This document shows positions 40,124 to 49,662 of a stretch of DNA of 64,000 nucleotides, piece after piece (position 1 is the stretch's first letter; every line of letters starts with the position of its first letter). A model generated the notes under the pieces. That model made no database searches. It was not told where the DNA came from and worked only from the letters and a program-made list of their open reading frames with translations. The stretch covers positions 1,729,027-1,793,026 of the forward strand of contig CP070630.1 in the NCBI GenBank assembly GCA_020356025.1. The letters run 5' to 3'. A program made the position numbers and the translations under genes. Source of the DNA: Dehalococcoidia bacterium (GTDB lineage: Bacteria; Chloroflexota; Dehalococcoidia; SM23-28-2).

Positions 40124-41779
40124 ATGGCAACCAAATGGTGGGGCTGGGGAGAAGAGCAGCGAACCTTCCCCCTGCCGCATGGGGAGCAGTTCTGGGCCCA
40201 CGTCAGCAGCTGGCTGGGCGAGCTTGGCGTCGGCCAGCGTATCGAATCCCTCGCCGAGGTCGCCTTGCCTCCCTCTCGCCTCGAATCGAAGGCCCTGGAC
40301 GCCCTGCGCGCCGCCTCAGGCGCTGACTCCCTCTCCACCGACAGCGTTGACAGGGCCGTCCACAGCCTCGGCAAGAGCTATTGCGACCTCGTACGCATCC
40401 GCCGGGGGGAGATCCCCCATGCCACCGATGCCGTCGTCTATCCGGAGACGGAGGAGCAGGTGGCCGCGCTGCTGAACGCAGCAGCCGAGCGAGGCATCGC
40501 CGTTATTCCCTTCGGCGGCGGCACCTCCGTGCTCGGAGGCGTCGAACCCCTTGGATCCAAGCCGACTGTTACTCTGGACCTGCAGCGAATGAACCGTCTG
40601 CTGCAGCTGGACCCACTCGCGGCGACCGCCACCCTCGAGGCTGGGGTTCTCGGCCCCTCTCTCGAGCAACAGCTCAACGCCAACGGCTTCACCCTCGGCC
40701 ACTTCCCTCAATCCTTCGAGTACTCCAGCCTTGGTGGCTGGATCGCCACCCGCTCAGCAGGCCAGAACTCCACCCTCTACGGCAAGATCGAGCACAGAGT
40801 GGAGAGCCTGCGCATGGCCTTCCCAGGCGGCACCATCGCCACCCCAGCCGTCCCTGCCGCCGCCGCTGGCCCCGACCTCAACCAGATGATCGCCGGCTCG
40901 GAGGGCGTACTGGGGGTGATCACTCAGGCGACCGTTCGCCTGGCACCCCTTCCCAAGCGCTGCGACTACCGTGGCTACGTCTTCCCCTCCTTCCAGGCTG
41001 GCGTCGAAGCCTCTCGCGAACTGATGCAGTCGGGCCTGACGCCATCCGTCCTGCGTCTCTCCGACGAGACCGAGACCGAGGTCAGCCTGGCCATGAGACC
41101 CCCGCCTCGCGCACTGATGGCCGCCGCCGAAGGGCTGTACCTCGCCCTGCGCAGGATCAGCTTCGAGGGCACCGCTTTGATGATCGTGGGCTTCGATGGA
41201 GACGAGGACCAGGTACGCTCCGACTGGCGCCGCGCCCACCGCATCCTCCGCCGCCACGAGGGGTCATCCCTGGGACGCCGCCCGGGGCGAGCCTGGGAGC
41301 GCGCCCGCTTCGAGCACCCCTACCTGAGAGACCTCCTCCTCGATCACGCTATCATGGTGGACACCCTCGAGACGGCTGTCACCTGGGACCGCTACCTGGC
41401 ACTCTATGGCTCCGTGCGTGATGCGATGGCCAAGGCCATGGACGGCCGCGGGTTAGTGATGGCCCATCTCTCACACGCCTACAGCGATGGCGCCTCCCTC
41501 TACTACACTTTCCTGGCCCGCCAGGCGGCGGGCCAGGAAATGGAGCAGTGGCAGCAGGTCAAGGTCGCTGCGACCGACGCCATCATCGCCGCCGGTGGCG
41601 CCCTCAGTCACCACCACGGCATCGGCAGCGACCATCAGCCCTGGATGTCCCGATACCTGGGGCCGGCCGGCGTTCGGACACTGGCCGCCCTTAAGCAGAC
41701 CTTCGACCCCCACGGCCTCATGAACCCGGGCAAACTGATGCCCACAAGCGAGGATGACAGCGATGTTAGCGATGTTTAG
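40124..41779 (+). CDS. FAD-linked oxidase of the alkyldihydroxyacetonephosphate synthase (AGPS) type
   Basis: N-terminal MATKWWGWGEE resembles the AGPS WNGWG motif. FAD_binding_4 (VVYPETEEQVAALLNAAAERGIAVIPFGGGTSVLGG). C-terminal FAD-oxidase_C with HHHGIG. Confidence 0.7.
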   Translation: MATKWWGWGEEQRTFPLPHGEQFWAHVSSWLGELGVGQRIESLAEVALPPSRLESKALDALRAASGADSLSTDSVDRAVHSLGKSYCDLVRIRRGEIPHATDAVVYPETEEQVAALLNAAAERGIAVIPFGGGTSVLGGVEPLGSKPTVTLDLQRMNRLLQLDPLAATATLEAGVLGPSLEQQLNANGFTLGHFPQSFEYSSLGGWIATRSAGQNSTLYGKIEHRVESLRMAFPGGTIATPAVPAAAAGPDLNQMIAGSEGVLGVITQATVRLAPLPKRCDYRGYVFPSFQAGVEASRELMQSGLTPSVLRLSDETETEVSLAMRPPPRALMAAAEGLYLALRRISFEGTALMIVGFDGDEDQVRSDWRRAHRILRRHEGSSLGRRPGRAWERARFEHPYLRDLLLDHAIMVDTLETAVTWDRYLALYGSVRDAMAKAMDGRGLVMAHLSHAYSDGASLYYTFLARQAAGQEMEQWQQVKVAATDAIIAAGGALSHHHGIGSDHQPWMSRYLGPAGVRTLAALKQTFDPHGLMNPGKLMPTSEDDSDVSDV

Positions 41780-43505
41780 GAAGGCAACGCCCACCGGCAC
41801 ATTCTCTTACCGCACCCGCACCGGCTATCTCGATCGCGTCCAGCAGCAGACCTTCGACCTGGTCATCATCGGCGGCGGCATCACCGGCGCCGGCATCGCC
41901 CGCGACGCCGCCATGCGCGGCCTATCCGTGGCCCTCCTCGAAAAAGGCGACTTCGCCGCAGGCACCAGCAGTAGGTCCTCCAAGATGATCCACGGCGGCC
42001 TGCGCTACCTCAGGCATTTCCAGATTCGCCTGGTCAAGGAGTCTCTGCGAGAGCGTGAGGTGCTGCTGAAGATCGCTCCCCACCTAGTTCATCCCTTCCC
42101 TTACATCCTGCCGGTCTACGAGGGCGGCCCCAACAGCCGCCTCCAGCTAAAGGTGGGCCTAGTCGCCTACGACCTGCTGGCCGGCTCCCGCCGCGTCGAG
42201 CATCACACGATGCTCTCCGCAGACGAAGTGCTGAGGATGGAGCCAACCTTGCGCCGAGACCGGCTAAGAGGCGGCTTCCGCTACTTCGACTGTCTGGTAG
42301 ACGACGCTCGCCTGACCCTCGCCACCATTCGCTCCGCGGCCAGCCACGGCGCCGCCGTTATCAGCTACGCCGAGGTCACCGACCTCGAGCGAGACGAGGA
42401 TCGGGTGACAGGCGTCCGTTTCAGCGACCGCCTGGACGGTCGCACCGGCACCATTAGCGCTCGTGTCGTGGTCAACGCCACCGGCCCCTGGACGGACGAA
42501 CTGCGGGCCAAGGCCGAGGCGCCCCCCATGCTCCGCCCAACGAAAGGGATCCATCTAACGCTCCCTCACTCCAGCCTCCCGTTGTCCTCCATCATCGCCT
42601 TCCCTGCCATCGACGATCGCCTCATGTTCGCCGTTCCCCTGGGGAACTGTACCTATGTAGGAACCACTGATACAGACTACACCGCCAGCCCCGACCAAGC
42701 GAGAGCCGACGCCGCCGACGTGCAGTACCTTCTGGATTCGCTGAACGCTACCTTCCAGGGGCTCCAAGCGTCGCCATCGGACGTCACCTCCACCTGGGCA
42801 GGCGTGCGCCCTCTGGTGTCCGAGGAGGGTGCTCCCTCAGACCTGCCCAGGGACTACGAGATCCAGTTCGAGCCCCCAGGGCTCGTCTCCATCACCGGCG
42901 GCAAGCTCACCACCTACCGGGCTATGGCCGAAGAACTAGTGAACCTCGTCGTGCAGCGGGAAGGAAAGCGCTTAGGCTGGTCGGCGGTGCCCTGCCGCAC
43001 GGCTGAGAGTCCCCTTCCCGGCGGCCACCTGGATGCATTCGAACGCTTCGCCAAGGCCACGGCCTCCGCCCTGGAGCAAAGCTGGGCTCTCCCGCGCCCG
43101 GCCGCCGAGCGCCTGCTGCGCACATATGGAACGGACTACGTGAAGGTGCTGGGATACGCCCTGTCAGATCGGCGGCTCCTCAGCCCCCTGCTACCCGACG
43201 GCTCAGTGCTGAGAGTGGAGGCCATCTACGCCACCGCCGAGGAGATGGCGCTCACCCTCGAGGATTTCATGGCCCGCCGCACGGATTTGATGCTCTTCGA
43301 CCACAACCACGGCCTGAGTGCCGCGAGCGAGGCGACTCGCCTCATGGCAAGAGTCCTGAGATGGGATTGGCGCCAGCGCCAGCAGCAGGTCCAACGCTAC
43401 CGCGAGGCCGTGGCCGCCATGACCACCTTCGCCGCCGCCGTCGAGGAACCAGCCACCGCGGAACCAGCCGCGGAGGAGCCAGCCGCAGCCGAAGAGCCAG
43501 CCTGA
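41754..43505 (+). CDS. glpD: FAD-dependent glycerol-3-phosphate dehydrogenase (GlpD/GlpA family)
   Basis: FDLVIIGGGITGAGIARDAAMRGLSVALLEKGDFAAGTSSRSSKMIHGGLRYL is the canonical GlpD N-terminus. Overlaps upstream gene by 26 nt. Confidence 0.85.
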   Translation: MTAMLAMFRKATPTGTFSYRTRTGYLDRVQQQTFDLVIIGGGITGAGIARDAAMRGLSVALLEKGDFAAGTSSRSSKMIHGGLRYLRHFQIRLVKESLREREVLLKIAPHLVHPFPYILPVYEGGPNSRLQLKVGLVAYDLLAGSRRVEHHTMLSADEVLRMEPTLRRDRLRGGFRYFDCLVDDARLTLATIRSAASHGAAVISYAEVTDLERDEDRVTGVRFSDRLDGRTGTISARVVVNATGPWTDELRAKAEAPPMLRPTKGIHLTLPHSSLPLSSIIAFPAIDDRLMFAVPLGNCTYVGTTDTDYTASPDQARADAADVQYLLDSLNATFQGLQASPSDVTSTWAGVRPLVSEEGAPSDLPRDYEIQFEPPGLVSITGGKLTTYRAMAEELVNLVVQREGKRLGWSAVPCRTAESPLPGGHLDAFERFAKATASALEQSWALPRPAAERLLRTYGTDYVKVLGYALSDRRLLSPLLPDGSVLRVEAIYATAEEMALTLEDFMARRTDLMLFDHNHGLSAASEATRLMARVLRWDWRQRQQQVQRYREAVAAMTTFAAAVEEPATAEPAAEEPAAAEEPA

Positions 43506-44422
43506 TGCCAGACCTCCTCCTCATCGTCAACCCCCACTCCGCCAATGGCTCCACCGGCCGCCGCTGGCCGGCCATCGAGGCCAAGCTGCGCTCGCTCCTT
43601 CCTCCCTTCGATGTCGCCTTCACGGAGCGCCATGGCCACGCCACCGCCATCGCCCGTGAGGCCGCCGAGCGATACGGCTGCATCGCCCTGGTGGGCGGCG
43701 ACGGCACCGTCAACGAGGTCGCCAACGGCCTCATCGCCGACGATCGCCCCCTTCGCGCTGACCTGACCCTGGGGGTCATCTGCCGCGGCACCGGATCGGA
43801 CTTCATCCGCACCCTGGGTATCCCCCGCGATCTGGAAGGAGCAGCCGAGAGGCTGGCCATGGGGAACGTGCGAGAGATCGACATCGGCAAGATCCGCTAC
43901 CGCAGCCCGGACGGAAGCGAGGCCGTTCGCTACTTCCTCAACGAGGCAGATATCGGCATGGGCGCCGTCGTCTCCGACCGAGTCAACCGCAGCTCCAAGA
44001 GACTGGGCGGACGCCTCTCCTTCCTGCGAGCCACCCTGATCACCGCCCTCGGCTACCGTCCTCACCGCGTGTCTCTCTCCCTCGACGGTGCTCCCGCCCA
44101 GCAGATCGTTCTGGCCTCTGCCTGGTTCGCCAACGGCCAGTACTCCGGCGGCGGCATCCGCGACGCCCCCCGCGCTCGCCTGGACGACGGCCTTCTAGAT
44201 GTGGTGTGTGTCGGCCACCTGAGCCACCTGCAGAAGCTCACCTTCTTTCCCAAGCTACGCAGCGGCGCCTTCGTCGACCTACCCCAGGTCACCTACCTTA
44301 CCGCCCGCCGAATCGAGACCGAATCCCCAGAGCCGGTGCGCGTTGCCACCGAAGGCGAGGCCATCGGCACCCTGCCCGCCACCTTCGAGATCATCAGCGA
44401 GCGCCTGAAGGTTATCGCCTAG
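43505..44422 (+). CDS. Diacylglycerol-kinase catalytic-domain lipid kinase (YegS/BmrU/DagK family)
   Basis: LLIVNPHSANG...ALVGGDGTVNEVANGL (DAGK_cat GGDGT motif). ATG overlaps glpD stop (TGATG). Confidence 0.8.
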   Translation: MPDLLLIVNPHSANGSTGRRWPAIEAKLRSLLPPFDVAFTERHGHATAIAREAAERYGCIALVGGDGTVNEVANGLIADDRPLRADLTLGVICRGTGSDFIRTLGIPRDLEGAAERLAMGNVREIDIGKIRYRSPDGSEAVRYFLNEADIGMGAVVSDRVNRSSKRLGGRLSFLRATLITALGYRPHRVSLSLDGAPAQQIVLASAWFANGQYSGGGIRDAPRARLDDGLLDVVCVGHLSHLQKLTFFPKLRSGAFVDLPQVTYLTARRIETESPEPVRVATEGEAIGTLPATFEIISERLKVIA

Positions 44423-44440
44423 CCCTCGCCTTGGCTTGCC

Positions 44441-45073
44441 ATGGTAGAGGAGAGACGGAGAGTCCGAGCAATGGCCCGCATGTCCATCTTCGAACGCTGG
44501 CTGGTCAAGAGCCCCATCCGCGCCTGGCTCCAGCGACGCGAGGTGCGCGCCTTCGCCCGCTGGGCCGCCCTTCCCCCTGAGGCCTCTGTCCTGGATATGG
44601 GCTGCGGCCCCGGCGTCTCCACCGCCCTCATCCTGGACACGCTGCGCCCCCAGCGTCTGGCTGCCTTCGATTTCGACCCGTCGATGGTCGATCTCGCCCG
44701 TCGGCGCCTGGCCCGCCACCTCCACGAACACGATCTCGACCTGACGGTTGCCGACGCCACCCGTATGCCCTATGGGGACGACCTCTTCGACGCCGTCTTC
44801 GAGTCAGGCGTCGTCCACCACATCCCGGACTGGCGGGCCACTCTGCGCGAGGTTGGCCGCGTCCTCAAGCCTGGCGGCCACTTCTGCTTCGCCGAGCCCT
44901 CGCGTGGTCGCTTGCGCCGGGGCATGTACCGGATCCTACCCCACGCCGTCGAGTCGATGTTCGCGCCCGAGGAGTGGCGAGCGACTCTCGCCGAGGCCGG
45001 TCTTGAGGTCGAGGAGCCGCTGCACCGCCTGCCCCTGTGGGACATCTGCGGCGTCGCGACGAAACGGGGCTAG
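44441..45073 (+). CDS. Class I SAM-dependent methyltransferase
   Basis: VLDMGCGPGVSTALILD (motif I). LKPGGHFCFAEP motif. 19 nt after lipid-kinase gene. Confidence 0.75.
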   Translation: MVEERRRVRAMARMSIFERWLVKSPIRAWLQRREVRAFARWAALPPEASVLDMGCGPGVSTALILDTLRPQRLAAFDFDPSMVDLARRRLARHLHEHDLDLTVADATRMPYGDDLFDAVFESGVVHHIPDWRATLREVGRVLKPGGHFCFAEPSRGRLRRGMYRILPHAVESMFAPEEWRATLAEAGLEVEEPLHRLPLWDICGVATKRG

Positions 45074-45112
45074 CCCTCCGCCCACCCTGAGCTTGCCGAA
45101 GGGCCTGTCGAA
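45065..45112. repeat. Dispersed GC-rich mini-repeat copy 3
   Basis: CTCCGCCCACCCTGAGCTTGCCGAAGGGCCTGTCGAAGGGGCTTGCTCC lies between convergent gene ends. Confidence 0.7.
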
Positions 45113-45124
45113 GGGGCTTGCTCC

Positions 45125-47011
45125 CTACGGCGCGATGGCCATGCTGCAGCTCACCGGCACCGTGACCAGGATCAGGAACGCATCGTACTCGTCCAGCGGG
45201 CCCATGTTGGAGATGTCGGGTCTGCCGGGGAAGTAGCGCTCCCAGCCTCCACCCACCAGCCGATAGGCGGCGGCGTAGCTGCTCTCCGCGCAGCCGAACA
45301 CGTCCTCAGGTGGCATGCCGTCGGCGCCCGTCCAGCCATCGTTCTGCCAGCCCGCGCCCCAGTCGAGCGTGCGTTCAGTGCCTAGGGGATCGGCCACCTC
45401 CATCTCACAGGTGATGTCGCCGGTAATGAGGATGAGGAAGGCATCGTGCTGCTCCAGGTCGGTCATGTTGGAGATGTCGGGCCTGCCAGGGAAATAGCGC
45501 TCCCAGCCTCCACTCACCAGGCGATAGGCCGCCGCATAGCTGCCGTCGGCGCAGGCGAACGCCTCCTCGGGAGTGGATGTGCCGGTCCAGGTGGCGTTCT
45601 GCCAGCCCGGACTCCAGTGGAGGGTGCGGGTGGCCTCAGGGGTCGGCGTTGGCGTAGGCGATGGCGTGGGCGTGGGCGACGGCGTGGGCGATGGGGTAGG
45701 CGTCGGCTCGGGCACAGCCACAGGTTCCGAGAACTCGGACGTGTTGCCGTCGGAGTCGGTGGCGGTGGCGGTGATGTTGGGCCCCTCAGGCAAGCCGGGG
45801 AGGGTGCTCCAGTTGCCGTCGTCGTCGGCTTTGAAAGAGCCCTCGTACACCCTGCCCTCGTCCTCGTCGTCGGAGAAGAGGTCGATGCTACAGTTGGGGC
45901 AGGCGGTGCCCATCACTGAGCCGAAGCCGGTGATCACCGGCGGCGGCAGCTCTGTGTTGCCGCCGTCCACCAAGCCGATGCCCTTGTCGCCGTTGGAGTG
46001 GATGGAGTTGCCGCGGATGGTGTTGCCGGTGGTGGTGGCGTCCTCCACCTGCACACCATCTTCGGTGTTGAAGGCGATGAGGTTACCCTCATCGGTCCCC
46101 GTTCCGCCAATGAGGTTGTCGTGGGCGCCACTGTGTATGTATACGCCGACGTCGTTGGGAAGGGCGGCGGTGCCCGAAGCCTTGGTGCCGATGTAGTTGC
46201 CGATAATGGAGTTGCCGGTGGCTTCCCACATTTTCACGCCCCAACGGTTGCCGGAGATGAGATTGTCGGTGACGGTGTTGTTGTCAGCCCATCCGATGAC
46301 CACTCCCGCATCGTTATGCTCGCCCCATTGCCCGCTGCGGTCGGTGCCGATGCGGTTCCCGATCACAGTGTTATCCTCGGTTCCGCTGCCCTCGATCATC
46401 ACGCCGACAGCGCTGTCAGCGAGGACATTCCAGTCGCCCACTGTGTTGTTCTGAGCGCCACCGAGGATGAGCACGGCGGCGTTGCAGTCGCGGATCTCCA
46501 GCCCTTTGATGGTGTTGTTGTCGGAAGTAATGACGAAGCAGCCGGTGCCAATTAGATCCCACCCCTCGCCCTCGATGATGACCCTGGCCCCCGAGCCATC
46601 GATCGCGTCATTGCCGCTGTGCAGACTGTAGTAGGGCGGCTCAAGGTCGATGGGGACAGGCCAAAACGTCCATGGCGAGAAGACAGTCGTGTCGAAAACG
46701 ATGGTGTCCGCGGAGGCCGCGCCGGGCTCCTGTCCGCCGATGCCCTTGCAGATGCCGGGAAGAGGTTCCCATAACGCACCTGAGACCTGGTTGCACTCCT
46801 GCGACCACAGCTCGCCGAGCTCAAGGTCGCCCGTGGCCAGCATCACGGCCTCGCGCAGGGTCAACACGTCGTCGCGGGTGTTGTTGTGCTCCGTGCTGTC
46901 AACAGTGATGATAACGTCCGGGCTGGCCTGGGCATCCGGCCGGTTGAGCGCCAGGAACATCGAGGCTGCTACGGCTGTAACGAGCAGGATAGCGAGCGCA
47001 AACCACTTCAT
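45125..47011 (-). CDS. Secreted right-handed parallel beta-helix repeat protein with Pro/Thr linker and two tandem C-terminal ~95-aa domains
   Basis: AAAGGAG SD then MKWFALAILLVTAVAASMFLALN signal. Repetitive N.I.GN..G beta-helix turns. PTPTPSPTPSPTPTPSPTPTPTP linker. Duplicated TLxWxxGWQNxxWTG...AAAYRLVxGGWERYFPGRPDISNM domain. ORF open to 47041. Confidence 0.7.
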   Translation of the reverse strand: MKWFALAILLVTAVAASMFLALNRPDAQASPDVIITVDSTEHNNTRDDVLTLREAVMLATGDLELGELWSQECNQVSGALWEPLPGICKGIGGQEPGAASADTIVFDTTVFSPWTFWPVPIDLEPPYYSLHSGNDAIDGSGARVIIEGEGWDLIGTGCFVITSDNNTIKGLEIRDCNAAVLILGGAQNNTVGDWNVLADSAVGVMIEGSGTEDNTVIGNRIGTDRSGQWGEHNDAGVVIGWADNNTVTDNLISGNRWGVKMWEATGNSIIGNYIGTKASGTAALPNDVGVYIHSGAHDNLIGGTGTDEGNLIAFNTEDGVQVEDATTTGNTIRGNSIHSNGDKGIGLVDGGNTELPPPVITGFGSVMGTACPNCSIDLFSDDEDEGRVYEGSFKADDDGNWSTLPGLPEGPNITATATDSDGNTSEFSEPVAVPEPTPTPSPTPSPTPTPSPTPTPTPEATRTLHWSPGWQNATWTGTSTPEEAFACADGSYAAAYRLVSGGWERYFPGRPDISNMTDLEQHDAFLILITGDITCEMEVADPLGTERTLDWGAGWQNDGWTGADGMPPEDVFGCAESSYAAAYRLVGGGWERYFPGRPDISNMGPLDEYDAFLILVTVPVSCSMAIAP

Positions 47012-47226
47012 AGGTTCACTCCTTTTCCTCGGTTCGCCCATCGCGAAGGGATCCTACGAACGCGTATGGGTTGCGCCATCATATCTGGCTGCGGCATGTG
47101 TGTCAACGGTAGGCAAGCGCCCGCTCTGCTGAACGCCGCCGCTTGCTCCTAAGGCGCCCAGATCGTAATCTTATGCTGAGGCGGGCCGAGCGGCCCGCCG
47201 AACACTGCCCAGGAGAACGCGACAAC

Positions 47227-48429
47227 ATGGCCGAAACAGCCCTGCACGGGGTCAAAGTCCTCGAGTACTGCCAGATGATCAGCGGCCCCTATTGCGGCAA
47301 GCTCCTGGCCGACCTGGGCGCCGAGGTCATCAAGGTCGAGCAGCCGCCCGCCGGCGACCCCGCCCGCACAAGAGGCCCCTTCCCCAACGACGTCCCTCAC
47401 CCCGCGAAGAGCGGCCTCTTCCTCTACCTGAACACCAACAAGCTGGGTATCACCCTCAACCCGCGCACGACCACCGGCCGCCAGCTCTTCCAAAGCCTGG
47501 CCGAGGAGGCCGATGTCCTCATCGAGGACCGCCCGCCCGGCGAGATGGCAGACCTCGGCCTGGACTACCCCGCCCTCAGCGCCGTCAATCCCCACCTCAT
47601 CGTCACCTCCATAACCCCTTTCGGCCAGACGGGCCCCTACCGCGACTACAAGAGCTATCATCTCAACCTCTATCACGCCAGCGGCCACTCCTCCTTCTTC
47701 TACGTCGCTCCCAAAGACAAGCGTAACGAATCGCCCGTAGTGGCTGGAGGCGAGGTGGGTGACTACGACGGCGGCCTGACCGCCGCCATAGCCACCCTGG
47801 CCGCCCTCTTCTCGCGCCTGACCACCGGCCAGGGCCAGTACATCGATATCTCCAAGTTCGAGGCGCTCCTCGCCCTCGAGCGAGTGGTGGTCGCCCGCTT
47901 CGCCAACACGCCGGAGCCACCCGCCTGGCCTGGCATGGTGGGAGGGCTCGTGCCCAGCAAGGATGAACACGTGGTCATCACCGCCGTCCAGAATCACCAG
48001 TGGCAGGGCCTGATGGAGCTCATGGGCAACCCCGCCTGGTCCCAGGAGGAGAACTGCCGCGATGAGACCACCCGCTCCCAGCACCGTGACGAGATCCAGC
48101 CCCTCCTGGAAGAGTGGATGGCCCAGCACCCCAAGGAGGAGCTCTATCACAAAGGGCAGGCCCTCGGCGTCCCCATCGGGCCGGTGCGCACGGCGGCGGA
48201 GATAGCGAACTGGCCGCAGGCGCGTGAGCGCGGCTTCTTCGCCCAGCTCGACCATCCCCAGGCCGGCAGGCTGGAGTACCCCACCGTTGGCTACAAGATG
48301 TCCGAGACCCCCTGGCGGGGCGAGCGAGCCGCTCCCCTCCTCGGCGAGCACAATGAGCACATCTACTGCGGCCGCCTAGGCTACTCGGCGGAGCAACTCA
48401 CCACGATGGCCGCTGATGGAGCCATCTAG
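47227..48429 (+). CDS. Family III CoA-transferase (CaiB/BaiF)
   Basis: GVKVLEYCQMISGPYCGKLLADLGAEVIKVE N-terminal signature. ORF open from 47143. Confidence 0.85.
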   Translation: MAETALHGVKVLEYCQMISGPYCGKLLADLGAEVIKVEQPPAGDPARTRGPFPNDVPHPAKSGLFLYLNTNKLGITLNPRTTTGRQLFQSLAEEADVLIEDRPPGEMADLGLDYPALSAVNPHLIVTSITPFGQTGPYRDYKSYHLNLYHASGHSSFFYVAPKDKRNESPVVAGGEVGDYDGGLTAAIATLAALFSRLTTGQGQYIDISKFEALLALERVVVARFANTPEPPAWPGMVGGLVPSKDEHVVITAVQNHQWQGLMELMGNPAWSQEENCRDETTRSQHRDEIQPLLEEWMAQHPKEELYHKGQALGVPIGPVRTAAEIANWPQARERGFFAQLDHPQAGRLEYPTVGYKMSETPWRGERAAPLLGEHNEHIYCGRLGYSAEQLTTMAADGAI

Positions 48430-48444
48430 CGTGAGAGCTGCCCC

Positions 48445-49656
48445 ATGACGAGAAGACCCCTGGAAGGCGTCAGAATCCTCGACTTCACCTGGGCCTGGGC
48501 CGGGCCCCAGGCCACCCTACTCCTTTCCCTGCTGGGCGCCGAGGTGATCAAGGTGGAGAGCCGCCGTCGCCTCGACCACACCCGCCTCCGCTCCCTGATG
48601 ACAGGGCCGACCATGACCAGCCCCGATCATTCGGTCATCTTCAACGACCTGAACATCGGCAAGCTGAGCCTGACCCTGAACCTCAGCCAGCCCAAAGCAG
48701 TGGAGATAGTGAAGAGGGTTGCCCAGATAAGCGACGTAGTGACCCAGAACATGCGCCCGGGCGTCATGGACAGGCTCGGCCTGGGCTACGACGACCTCAA
48801 GGCGGTCAAGCCTGACATCATCATGCTCTCCTCCTCGGCGGTCGGCGCCACCGGCCCGGAGCGCACCTACGCTGGCTACGCTCCCACCTTTGCCGCCATG
48901 GGCGGTCATGCCTACATCACCGGCCACGCCGATGGCCCTCCCATGCCCCTCAGCGGCGCCGTCGACCTGCGCGTCGGCACCACCTCCGCCTTCGCCATCC
49001 TGGCCGCCCTCTACTATCGAGCACGCACCGGCAAGGGCCAACACATCGACCTGTCCTCCACCGAAGCCATCAGCGCCCTTATCGGGCACACCTTCATGGA
49101 CTACAGCATGAACGGTCGAGTGCAGACCAGAGCCGGAAACCGCGACCACACCATGGCTCCCCACAACTGCTACCCCTGCCTGGGCGACAACAAGTGGGTG
49201 ACCATCGCCGTCGCCTGCGAGGAGGAATGGGGCGCCCTCCACCGCGTGGTGGGCGACAGCCGACTAGAAGAGGAAAGGTTTGCCGACGCCACTAGCCGCT
49301 GGCAGAATCAGGACGCTCTGGATCAGCTCATCGGCGAGTGGACCTCCAACCGCACCCAGGAGGAAGTGACCCAGGCCTTGCAGAAAGTGGGCGTGGCAGC
49401 CATGCCCGTCCTCGATGGGCCGGCGCTCGTCCAGGATGCCCAGCTCCGCGAGCGAGGCGTCCTGCAGTCTCTGGACCACCCGGCCGTCGGCGAGAAGCTG
49501 ACCGTCAACCCGCCGTGGAGGTTCTCGCGAACGCCAGCCGAGATTCGCCGTCCGGGCCCCCTGCTGGGCGAGCACAACCAGTACGTGCTGGGGGAACTTC
49601 TGGGAATGTCCAGCGATGAAATCGAAAAGCTGGTGGCTGAGGAAGTCGTCTACTAG
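48445..49656 (+). CDS. Family III CoA-transferase (CaiB/BaiF), paralog
   Basis: GVRILDFTWAWAGPQATLLLSLLGAEVIKVE. Follows paralog after 15 nt. Confidence 0.85.
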   Translation: MTRRPLEGVRILDFTWAWAGPQATLLLSLLGAEVIKVESRRRLDHTRLRSLMTGPTMTSPDHSVIFNDLNIGKLSLTLNLSQPKAVEIVKRVAQISDVVTQNMRPGVMDRLGLGYDDLKAVKPDIIMLSSSAVGATGPERTYAGYAPTFAAMGGHAYITGHADGPPMPLSGAVDLRVGTTSAFAILAALYYRARTGKGQHIDLSSTEAISALIGHTFMDYSMNGRVQTRAGNRDHTMAPHNCYPCLGDNKWVTIAVACEEEWGALHRVVGDSRLEEERFADATSRWQNQDALDQLIGEWTSNRTQEEVTQALQKVGVAAMPVLDGPALVQDAQLRERGVLQSLDHPAVGEKLTVNPPWRFSRTPAEIRRPGPLLGEHNQYVLGELLGMSSDEIEKLVAEEVVY

Positions 49657-49662
49657 GGCAAC

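Noticed and set aside
40381-41421. 346-aa Arg-rich ORF and many other overlapping ORFs in alternative frames (e.g. 556-897, 666-932, 9706-10185, 13086-13703, 13740-15182, 16666-17553, 23579-24853, 47149-48360)
   Set aside because: Each overlaps a gene with clear homology-type motifs on the other frame or strand. Compositionally biased (Arg/Pro/Ala-rich) translations typical of GC-rich off-frames.
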